The translations under genes and the position numbers were made by a program. The notes beneath the pieces were generated by a model. The model did not search any database. It was not told where the DNA came from and saw only the letters and a list, made by a program, of their open reading frames with translations. From Flaccisagitta enflata (taxonomy: Eukaryota), in contig OZ231126.1 of assembly GCA_965153355.1 (NCBI GenBank), positions 4,154,001 through 4,218,000 on the forward strand: a DNA stretch of 64,000 bases, given 5' to 3'. Below are positions 11,110 to 20,900 of the stretch, piece after piece (the stretch's first letter is position 1; each line of letters opens with the position of its first letter).

Positions 11110-13579
11110 CACACACACACACACCTACACACACACACACACCTACACACACACCTACACACCTACACACACCTACACACACCTACACACACCTACACAC
11201 ACACACACACACACACACACCTACACACACACACCTACACACACACACCTACACACACACCTACACACCAACACACCTACACACACACACACTTACACAC
11301 ACACCCACACCTACACCCACACCTACACCCACACCTTCACACACACCCACACCTACACACCCCCCTACACACTCACGCAGAGGCGACGTGTGCGAAGACC
11401 TGCATTTGGACTTTTCACTTTTAATCGACGAATTCGGTGAAATGCGTCAAGTGGAGTTAAAATCCAACGGCAAAAACGTCCGAGTTGACAATTCAAACAG
11501 AATCGAATACATTCATCTCGTCGCAGACTTCTACCTCAACAGAAGAATAAGGCAACAGTGCAAAGCGTTTTACAAAGGTACGAAAAAAACACTTGTTTGT
11601 GTGTCTCAACAGTGAGACATTTAGGTTTACGCGGTTTCATCGATGGACTCGGATATGTGAATTTTGAGTGGTTTCCTTAACGACCTTCGAGAGAATAGGT
11701 GCGTGGGTACGTTCATAGGTAACACCCGACTTTCCGGTAACGTTGAATCGGGCGATATTGTTATTTCTAGGCTCTACTACCCCTTCCCACCCACAATATA
11801 TTGCCTCTGCCCACTCTCACAACTGCCCCTGCCCTCCCGCAATCAAATCAACAGGACTGACCGATGTGGTTGACTTGGAGTGGCTTCGTATGTTTAATTA
11901 TCACAAGCATCAAGTGATCATTTCTTTATTCCATTCTTCCCCCGCCCAAATCAACAGGACTGACCGATGTGGTTGACTTGGAATGGCTTCGTATGTTTAA
12001 TTATCACGAGCATCAAGTGATCATTTCGGGAGCATCTCATCCTGTTGATCTCGAAGATCTCAAAGCCCACACAAATTACTCTGGCGGTTACGACGCTTCG
12101 CATCCCGTCATAGAACTCTTTTGGACCGTGGTGAGTTAGTTGGACCGTGATGAGTGAGAGACTGAGAGTTATTAAGTCAATTCACTTAGAATTTCCACAA
12201 TCTCACGTGCGCATGTTGTTGTTGTTGTTGGTGATGTTGTTGCTGTTGTTGCCACAACGCGGAAATTTCCCATACGACGTTTTTGAGGTGTCGTACAGTA
12301 GAGGGAGACTGGCCTCACGGCGAAGTCAGACTGATGTAGACGCGGATGGATCCATTCCACCTCGGAGAGGCATCCGCGTTCAAAACAGTCACATGCGCAT
12401 CGTTCTTGATTTATGTGATCAGTCTGCGTCCTTTGTTGACGTGTGGTTATTAGTTTGTCGGCGTGTGATCATTTGTTTGCTCGTACGTGTATTTGTTTTT
12501 TGCCGATTTGTTGGTGTATGCGCAATTGCGCATGCTCATTGATTTGCTCTTTAATTTGTACGTTCTAATGTGTCTTACGTTCTCAAGTGTTTCATTCAAT
12601 TAATCAATCAATCAATCAATTCTTCATTCATTCTTTCCCATTATTCAGGCCAAAGAGTTGGACGAAGTTCGTCGTCGCGCTCTGCTCAAATTCGTGACTT
12701 CGTGCTCTCGTCCTCCTTTGCTCGGCTTCAAAGACCTTTACCCCGCCTTTTGCATTCATAACGGAGGAACGGACGAAACCAGACTACCCACCGCAGCTAC
12801 CTGCATGAACTTACTCAAACTTCCAGAGTACAAGGTAAGTGGAATAACAGAGAAATGGAGAAAACCAGACTACCCGCCGCAGCTACGTGTTTGAACTTAC
12901 TCAAACTTCCAGAGTACAAGGTAAGTGGAACGACGGAGGAACGGACGAAACCAGACTACCCACCGCAGCTACCTGCATGAACTTACTCAAAGTTCTAGAG
13001 TATAAGGTAAGTGGTATAATGGAGGAATGGACAAAACCAGACTACCCAGCGCAGCAACGTGCATGAACTTACTCAAACTTCCCGAGTGTATGATAAGTGG
13101 AATAACGGAGGAATGGACGAAACCCGATCACCCACTGCAGTTACCTGCATGAACTTACTCAAAGTTCTAGAGTATAAGGTTAGTGGAATATCGGACAAAA
13201 CCAGACTACCCACTGCAGCTACCTGCATGAACTTACTCAAACTTCCAGAGTATCAAGTAAGTGGAACCTCACCATTCATCTTTGCAGAAAGTAGTTTACT
13301 CCAGTGTATTATGGTGCCAAAAATCGTTGGTAAAATGATCTGCAAAATTCCCTTTTTTTGGCGGAGTGAGCTGATGCTCTCGTGAGATACTTTCGATACA
13401 TAATTGATTAATTGGTTGAATGATTGCTCAGCACGTTTCCCCCACTATCAAACAATCTTTTCGCATCGTTCTTCTTCTCCCACTCTCGAATTCGATCAGT
13501 CACTCTCACATGTACATACACTTTGAAGTGACTTTCTCTCTTCCTGTGCACTGTGAAAAAAAAAACAAAACAACAAAAT

Positions 13580-13630
<51 letters not shown>

Positions 13631-13790
13631 GTTTACTTTCCTCCTCCATTTTCATAGACAGTCATATTTGCTCATTTATGTCTTTGCCTGAAAAAATTCT
13701 CTCTCTTTAATTCTCGTCCAGGACATCGAAAGTTTGCGCACGAAGATTCTCTACGCGATTGATAGCGGAGCAGGCTTCGAACTCAGCTGA
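2104..13790 (+). CDS. UBE3C: HECT-type E3 ubiquitin-protein ligase E3C, 13 coding exons, about 1278 aa
   Basis: join(2104..2400,3042..4166,4395..4523,4745..5473,5771..5997,7361..7607,8009..8117,8549..8740,9740..9896,11381..11577,11958..12130,12649..12834,13722..13790) gives 3837 nt with all phases compatible. The N-terminus MYSFDGDFR and IQ motif [11 protein letters not shown] are present. HECT motifs: [82 protein letters not shown] (catalytic Cys codon 12802-12804) and C-terminal GAGFELS*. These match vertebrate UBE3C as I recall it. Confidence 0.96.
3042..4166 (+). CDS. UBE3C: UBE3C exon 2 (Ser/Gly-rich expansions, GC donor)
   Basis: Long pyrimidine tract plus TAG acceptor; 375 open codons; ends RDYFQ at CAG|GCGAGT, phase 0. 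Confidence 0.85.
4395..4523 (+). CDS. UBE3C: UBE3C exon 3 (acidic segment)
   Basis: CTTCAG acceptor; [43 protein letters not shown]; donor GAG|GTTATT; not in the ORF track. Confidence 0.82.
4745..5473 (+). CDS. UBE3C: UBE3C exon 4
   Basis: ACAG acceptor; contains AIHDNEF and [29 protein letters not shown]; donor CAG|GTTAGA. Confidence 0.9.
5771..5997 (+). CDS. UBE3C: UBE3C exon 5
   Basis: INEDYRH...[16 protein letters not shown]; donor AA|GTGAGG, phase 2. Confidence 0.92.
6186..6695. mobile_element. Mutator-like MITE in UBE3C intron 5
   Basis: Imperfect TIRs of about 90 bp beginning TCGGGTGTGTCAATATGC(A/G)AAAGGT; 9-bp TSD GTCCCTCGG at 6177-6185 and 6696-6704. Confidence 0.85.
7361..7607 (+). 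CDS. UBE3C: UBE3C exon 6
   Basis: AAG acceptor after a very long pyrimidine tract; [19 protein letters not shown]; donor ACG|GTAAAA. Confidence 0.92.
8009..8117 (+). CDS. UBE3C: UBE3C exon 7 (start of HECT)
   Basis: [21 protein letters not shown]; donor G|GTGAGT. Confidence 0.95.
8549..8740 (+). CDS. UBE3C: UBE3C exon 8
   Basis: [20 protein letters not shown]...HYFFLGRML; donor G|GTGAGT. Confidence 0.96.
9740..9896 (+). CDS. UBE3C: UBE3C exon 9
   Basis: [20 protein letters not shown]...HHLASLDP; donor AG|GTAGAG. Confidence 0.96.
9904..10043. mobile_element. Internally deleted PIF/Harbinger-like MITE, 7 nt downstream of the exon 9 donor
   Basis: Ends GGGGGCGTTTCTAGT...ACTAGAAACACGCCC; homologous in reverse to the 43600 and 47547 copies; TSD not preserved. 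Confidence 0.75.
10101..10307 (+). mobile_element. Helentron/DINE-1-like non-autonomous element (family A)
   Basis: T-run, hairpin AGTCGCGTGCACGCGACT, (GGTC/GGTT)n, subterminal CACGCGACT, end GTGTATCCGGCCTTGTT; no TSD. Confidence 0.78.
10939..11375. repeat. (CA)n / (CCTACACA)n microsatellite abutting the exon 10 acceptor
   Basis: Direct inspection. Confidence 0.95.
11381..11577 (+). CDS. UBE3C: UBE3C exon 10
   Basis: [11 protein letters not shown]...[18 protein letters not shown]; donor G|GTACGA. Confidence 0.95.
11845..12027 (+). repeat. 103-bp-offset duplication of the UBE3C exon 11 acceptor and 5' end
   Basis: CAAATCAACAG|GACTGACCGATGTGGTTGACTTGGA...CATCAAGTGATCATTTC occurs twice (exon starts 11855 and 11958). 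Confidence 0.95.
11958..12130 (+). CDS. UBE3C: UBE3C exon 11
   Basis: [25 protein letters not shown]...[10 protein letters not shown]; donor GTG|GTGAGT. Confidence 0.94.
12649..12834 (+). CDS. UBE3C: UBE3C exon 12 (catalytic Cys)
   Basis: [29 protein letters not shown]...[18 protein letters not shown]; donor AAG|GTAAGT. Confidence 0.96.
12758..13266 (+). repeat. Six tandem copies (86-bp unit) of the UBE3C exon 12 3' end plus donor
   Basis: Donor-equivalent positions 12835, 12921, 13007, 13093, 13179 and 13257. Confidence 0.95.
13722..13790 (+). CDS. UBE3C: UBE3C exon 13 (terminal coding exon)
   Basis: CCAG acceptor; [22 protein letters not shown]. Confidence 0.96.
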   Translation, partial: DIESLRTKILYAIDSGAGFELS

Positions 13791-14219
13791 AAAAAAGATA
13801 TTGTCATCGTGGGGTTTTATTTTGTTGTCTTTTTGTCTTTTTGTCCCTTTGTCTTTTTGTCTCTATCATCCCGCCTTCGCTGTCTCTCCGCCTCTCGATA
13901 AGAGGCCCAGAGTTGTCTAGGTTGATTACTAATTTATATAAGAGTTCCAGCTGCAGGTTATTCCGTCTATCAGATATGTGATCGGATTTGTATAAATACT
14001 ATCGCGTTCAAACTTCACAAAAAAAAGAATCGTTTGTAACGATGCGTCCAGCTATACGTATGTTTATTTTTTTGTTTTCGATGCCATTGACACTTTGACA
14101 ATGCCGTTGCCATATATATTATTTAGGTTAGTTCATCATCTTTGACATGGGATATGAAAGTGAAAGAGTCCGTCGGTGTGATTTTGTATAACAACTCGCT
14201 AATCTAATCTAGTCTTTGA

Positions 14220-14225
14220 AATAAA
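14220..14225 (+). terminator. Probable polyadenylation signal of UBE3C
   Basis: AATAAA about 430 nt after the stop codon, followed by GT/T-rich sequence. Confidence 0.6.
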
Positions 14226-14989
14226 AACGGTCTTGATTTCGAGGTTTGCGTTTTATTCATCTACCATTTTTGTTTTTTTCTCATCGTCCAAATTGCTTTT
14301 GCCTTTGAGAATTTACGACGCGGACAGGGGGCTGTAAGCCTGCAAGGTTTTTATTTAAGTTGCTAGAATACACTAGTTATTCTTCAAGAATGTTAGTAGT
14401 GGTCACTAAAGCATACATTGACAGGTCTGTTGTTTTTCGAACATCATACAGTAAGTCCACTATTTAAATCATTGAAGTGGTCTTCCACTGATGCGAACAG
14501 AAAGAAGACAATTTGATCGGCTCAGACTAATGAATGATACAGATAAAGAACGCCCTGATCTATTTCAGTCTCACTTCGAGAACTGGCGTCCATGACAAAC
14601 GATCCGACCGCCTGCCAATCGTGATTTTACTCCATTACAGCAATATGCAAATGAGGCTTTCTCACTCAATTGTTCTCTGTACATAGATCGCGTCGTGCGA
14701 TGCGATCCAGTCAATCCACGAAAGTGCTGTGGTTGTGATGATGGTGGAAGACGATGAAAATTGATGGTAGATGGTAGATAACCATGTAAATTGATGGGAC
14801 AGTGAATCATTGCTGGTTGTGGTGATACGTGGATGATTGAAGGTAGCGTTGACGACGAAGATGGTGGTGGGAATGCCTTGCGCTGTCCTGGATGGTAAAG
14901 GCAAAGTATGTTTGAACAAGAATGACCGTCAACAAAGTAACGGAGAAAGAACTTTGGTTCGGAATCTCGTGCAATGATGCCAATGATGG

Positions 14990-17900
14990 TTAGGATGAGT
15001 GATTGGATTGATGAAATGTTGTTGCGCAGTGGGATTTGAGATCCTCACGCAAGTCTAGGGCTAATTTTATACCGGCGAGTGGCCGAAATGAAATTATCGC
15101 CCAATCCATTGATTTCCCACGCGGTCTAACGAGTTCTGGCGAATTGGAAGTCGGAAGTGCGATTCGGCGGAAGTGGAACACGAAATCGTCCGGAAAACTG
15201 ACGGTGTGGCGGATGAACGGGTCTATGAGGAAATCTTCAGAAGTGGCAAATCTGTGATTTTCTATCTCAACCGCGGCGAGTTTCTTTATTGCATCTGACA
15301 GGTGACCTGTCGGATATTGGCCGGCTTATTGGATGGATATTTGCCAGCTTATTGGCCGGCAATTTGCCAACTTATTGGATGGCTATTTGCCAGCTTAGCG
15401 GCTGGCTATTTGCCAGCTTAGCGGCCGGCTATTTGCCAGCTAACCGGCCGGCTTTATGCCAACTTTTTGGCCGGCTTTATGCCAGCTTATTGGCCGGATA
15501 TTTGCCAGCTTACAGGCTGGCTATTTGCCAGTTTAGCGGCCGGCTATTTGTCAACTTATCGGCTGGCTATTTGTCAGCTTATCAGCCGGCCGTTTGCCAG
15601 CTTTGCGGCCGGCTATTTGCCAGCTTAGTGGCCGGCTGTTTGTCAGCTTATCGGCCGGCCGTTTGCCAGCTTAGCGGCCGGCTGTTTGCCAGCTTATTGG
15701 CCGGCGATAAAAGATGGTTGTTTTGGCGCCTGCGTCTTGTCATGTTTCGTCTTTCTTGGAATAGAAGGCGTGTAAGATTGAAAGAGCGAGATTTCTGCTT
15801 TTACTTTTATAACCCCCCCCCCCGTCACCCCGTGAATCTCTCGCCTTTCACTCTACTTGTTTTCCACATCTTTCTTTTTCACTTATTGCGCACTAGCAAT
15901 CTTGTACTTCAAAAAGTGATGCTATTTGTGTTCTGCTAAGATCTTAGTGTCAGGGGTAACAAGAACAAATTGATATTTAACGAAATTTCAATCTCTCTCT
16001 TTCTTCTGACTTTCTTTCTTTCTTTCTTTCTTTCTTTCTCTCTTTCTCTCTTTCTCTCTTTCTCTCTTTCTCTCTCTCTCTCTCTGTCCTTACTTTGCTG
16101 GCGCTTCGTCGTTGTTTGCCGATCGTCGGTGAGAGCGGTTTTCCTCCCGCCGCTGCCGCGTCTTCTGATGTTTTGCCAGGTGAAACTGCTGCTGCTGCTG
16201 CGGTGGCACCGAAAATGTCATCACGGGAAGATGCTGCTGCCGCTGCTGAGGCTGTGAGATCGGCGCCGCGAGATCCCAAAGGCAGAAGAGGTGGTACGCG
16301 AAGCGAAGGGTCTTGTGGACCTGGGGGGACGCGGAGGGAGGGTGGTGAAAGGTAGGTAAGGTGGTAAAAGACGTGGGCATCGGCGTAAGGAGACTGGTAG
16401 AGAGGATGCTGGGTAAGAAGAGGCAAGGTGGCAAAGGATGTGGACTACTAATTGGGCTACTGAGTAGAAACAAGGCCGGATACACGGCTACCCAGTACTC
16501 AAGTCGCGTGTGTGTGGACAGGGGCAGTGATAACAAGTCATCCAAGGATCGCACATGGTCAGCGGTATCCGATGCCCTGCTTGGAGTGATCAGCTGAAGA
16601 AGTTGAGTGAGGGCAGGGCAGCGGCCCCAAAGGACCAATGTCCTGTAGGACACAGGGGTGAATTTCCTTACGTCCTGAGATTCCTGAGAAGGCAAATTTC
16701 AGGCCTTTTGAACAATTTTCCATGATATTCAATGGGAGTTTTTATTTTTGAAAATTTTTTTTATCTATAATCCATGTTATTCAATGAGAATTTCATCTTT
16801 TTTTCATTTTTTTTATCAATCTCCCATGTTATTCAATAGGAATTTTGCATCATTTAAATTTTTAATCAATTTTCCATGTTATTCAATGGGAAATTTATAT
16901 TTTTCTTTTTTTTTGGTAAATTTTCCATATTATTCAATGGGATGTTTGCATTTTGTCATTTTCCTATGTTATTCAATGGGAATTTGAGAATTGAGAAACT
17001 TGGGGGGGGACGTACGGACGGATGTACGTATGTACGTACGTACGTACGTACGGACATACGTAAGGAAATTCACCCCTGTGTCCTACAGGACATCGGCCCT
17101 TTGGGGCCGTTGCCCAAAAAGGCTAACCAAGAATTTGGGCAAGAGCAGTTATGTAAAAACCGCCCATAAATGCCGAAAACACTAAGCGTTACCATCCGAC
17201 TATCCAATGGATATAGCGGGTGATGGGGTCGCGTGCACGCGACTCGAAAGTTACGATCAAAGCATGGAGAGAGGGAGGGAGGGAAGGGGGGTGGGGGAAT
17301 GGGAGACAGTGAAGACGGGAAAAGTCGATCACCTCCAAAGCTGACTCGATAAAGGATTGAACTGAGGATACACTTTTTATTTTTTATAAGAACCTAGTTT
17401 ATAAGAACATCAAGGCTTCAAATTGCCCCAAAATTAAGAACATCTTAAGTACATATGGAGGCTTCAAATTCTAAAAGAAAATTTTTTGCTAACAATAAAA
17501 CTTTTGAAATATTAGAAATACTTGAAATTAGAAGATTTACAATAAAATTCTGCTATTTCTAACATAAATGCGATGAAAATATCCTTTGACTATAATTTAG
17601 TATCTATTTTAGTAATTATTAATAAAAATACATATACTTCTAATAATTAGTAGTGAATTTAAAGGTTTACTATAATTTTCTGTTATCTAGAAATAAAAAC
17701 GCTCTAAGAACATTGAAGGCTTAATTTTGCCTCAAAAATAAGAATATGAAGCCTCTGGAAAAAAAATGATGTTCTTATATAAAATAAAAAGTGTATTAGT
17801 TGGCATGGGCGTATTTAAGTCACATTATTTGGGACTGCAATCTCCAATTTGTGTCCAGATGAATTTTGATTCCCAATTAAAGCGGGAAATCTTTCTATCA

Positions 17901-20900
17901 ACGTAGTGATGCTAAGTTTGTGGTGAAAGTCCTAGAGGGGGAGTTAGCGGAATAGTACAACTTTACCCTTTTAACGAGGTTTATGGAGTTATATCTTGGG
18001 ATAAGGAGAAAAAATTGTAAAATCTTTGATCGTACCATTTGTACTTTCATAAGGTTTTCACTGATATTAGGTAAACGCCCTAATTCTTCGGGGCGCAAAA
18101 ATGTCGCTAGAGAGCAGAAAAACGGAATGTAACCATTTTGGATCTTCTTTTGCAAAGCTCCAAAAACGGTTAAAAATGTTTTTATGAACCAAGGAAAGTA
18201 TGATTCTGAATGCTGACGACACGAGCTATCGATTGGTGTAAGTTTTGAAAGCCAACTATGAGAAAAAGATATCGTTTTTCCTCTTTTATTGCTTTCCTGA
18301 CTTGTTACGGCGATATGCCAATATGAACTTTGATGTATATGAGCTCAATAGATGCAGTTTTGTTTCTTCTTTCAAATGAGACCTTTCTGAAACTTGAGAT
18401 CAGCCCCACGCGGCCTCACGAATGATATTAAGAAGACTCTATCGGCTCAATTTTCCTTAGTTTTCTTTCGCGTTGTTTGATTAACCGCATAAGCTACTTC
18501 TCTTCACATGAATGAAATAAATCAACTGTGCGGTTCCGGCTGTAGACTCGCGATTCCGTCTGTAGACTCGCGATTCCGTCTGTAGACTCGCGATTCCGTC
18601 TGTAGACTCGCGATTCCGTCTGTAGACTCGCGATTCCGTCTGTAGACTCGCGATTCCATCTGTAGACTCGCGATTATGTCTGTTGACTCGCCATTCCGTC
18701 TGTAGATTCGTCATTCCGTCTGTAGGCTCGCCATTCTGTCTGTAGACTCGCCATTCTGTCTGTAGACTCGCCTTTCCATCTGTAGACTTGCAATTCCATC
18801 TGTAGACTCGCGATTCCGTCTGTAGACTTGCGTTCCGTCTTTAGACTTGCGTTCCGTCTGTCGACTCGCGTTCCATCTGTAGACTCGTGTTCTGTCTGAA
18901 GACTCGCGTTCTGTCTGTAGACTCGCAATTCCGTCTGTAGACTCGCGATTCCGTCTGTAGACTCGCGATTCTGTCTGTAGACTCGCGATTCCGTCTGTAG
19001 ACTCGCGATTCTGTCTGTAGACTCGCGATTCCATCTGTAGACTCGAGATTCCGTCCGAAGACTCGCGATTCCGTCCGTAGACTCGCAACTCCGTCCGTAG
19101 ACTCGCGATTCCTGATGATGATTCACAATTCTGTCTGACTCGCGATTTTGCCTCTTGACTCCTGACTGTCTGTTAATTCCTGATTCCTTCTGTTAACTCC
19201 TGATTCTTTCTGTTAACTTATGATTCCGTCTGTTGACCCCCGATTCTGTCTGCTGTTTCTGTTTGCTTAATAACAATTTTCTCCATTCAATCCCGATTTT
19301 GATGCTTTAATCCCATTTCTGTCTGTTCAATTGCGTATCGCGATTCTATCTGATAAATCTCGATTCTGTCTATTGATTCTTTTCAATCTTACATTCCCTG
19401 GCTCACTAACTCACTTTGCTCACCCCCTCAATCTCTCATAAGATGAATAATATTAATGAATAATTAAAAATGTGTTCACGATTTTAAGGCGACGCGACGC
19501 CTGGGATTAACCGCGATTGTTGTCAATAGAGACATACCAAATGAGTCATTATAAGCAATAGCCCAACTGCCATAGCGAATCATCATCTACTATCTTGCTC
19601 AAATTAAGAGTCCTCGTTATAGAAATTAGTCATTCATTCTTAAATATTAATTAGTACAACCTGTTTTTTGTGATTTTAGTATATTTTAGCATCAACTTTT
19701 GCTTGCATAGTGACTGTAATGGTCTCTTGTAACCTACCATTAATTTATGTGTGACATGTTTCACAACTTCTTCATCTGTTTTTGCCTTTCTGATTTTAAG
19801 GCAATCCTTTCACTAATTTGGTTGTAAAATCTAAACAATTTGAGCAATAGAGCTTTGCTTGGTGGCAAATGAAAGTTCTTTCAAAGCTCTTTAGATTGGT
19901 CACCAATTTTCCTGACCTTCTATGATTGATATACCCATATAAAAAAACTGAAATTTTAAAAAAAGATTTTTACCTCATGGATCAAAGTGAATCATTTTAC
20001 TTTTTCTGCTGTAAAATCTAAACGAATTGAGCTACAGAGCTCTGCTGGGTGGCATTTGATCACATTTTTGCAGGGCTTTTTAACGGTCACCAATTTTTAT
20101 ATGTTTTGTTTGATAATTTAGCAATAATTTGAGAAAACATGCCGGACTCTTATTTTGAGCAAGATAGTACGTCATTTTATCTCCTATAGCTGAGAGATTC
20201 ATGATAAGAAAAGATTCGGCTATAGAATTCTTTTCTAGATAGAAAAGATTCCTTTATAGAAATGATTTCGTTATAGAAATGATTTCTACCATCAGCATGG
20301 CGCCCACTGTGCAAACAACTGTAATCCATGTTGCGTAATTATCTTATCTATTCAGAATTAATTCGTTTTCTAATAATTGGTTGTGTATTTACAATTGAAA
20401 TGAATTACTTTGCCGAAACTGAAAAAACCAAATGAAATGTGAACAACAGAAAAAAGGAAAAAGTTGGTCAATGTTTTGAAAGTCGCGGACTAGCGATTCT
20501 ATATGAGGCTTTGTCCATCCATTGACCCGTCGGCCTATCTGTAACATATGAAAACGTGCATTTCAGATGCCGTGCGTGTGCATATCCTTTTAAAGAAAAT
20601 CTGTCCTCGTGTTTATGTTTCAAAGCTTTGATAGAAGACTTCTGGATGGGCCCTTCAATGATGCACTTGACGACCTACTGCAGCATACCAGATGTTGACA
20701 AGTGGAAATTTTGCCTAGTTTTGTTTGAGTGATGATGTTCGAGTGGACAATGGGAGATTTAATTGATAGTGCACAGCTAAAAGCTTCAATGACGGAATTG
20801 TGGATAGGCCCTTAAATGATGCACTTGACAAGCTGCTGCAGCACACATGATGTGACATGTGAGAATTTTACCTGTATTGGTATAGACTAAGACTGTTAGA

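Noticed and set aside
13059-13385. ORF with two HECT C-terminal motifs as a second ligase gene or mutually exclusive exons
   Set aside because: It derives from the intronic tandem copies, which lack the exon 12 acceptor and 5' half and have a period that is not a multiple of 3.
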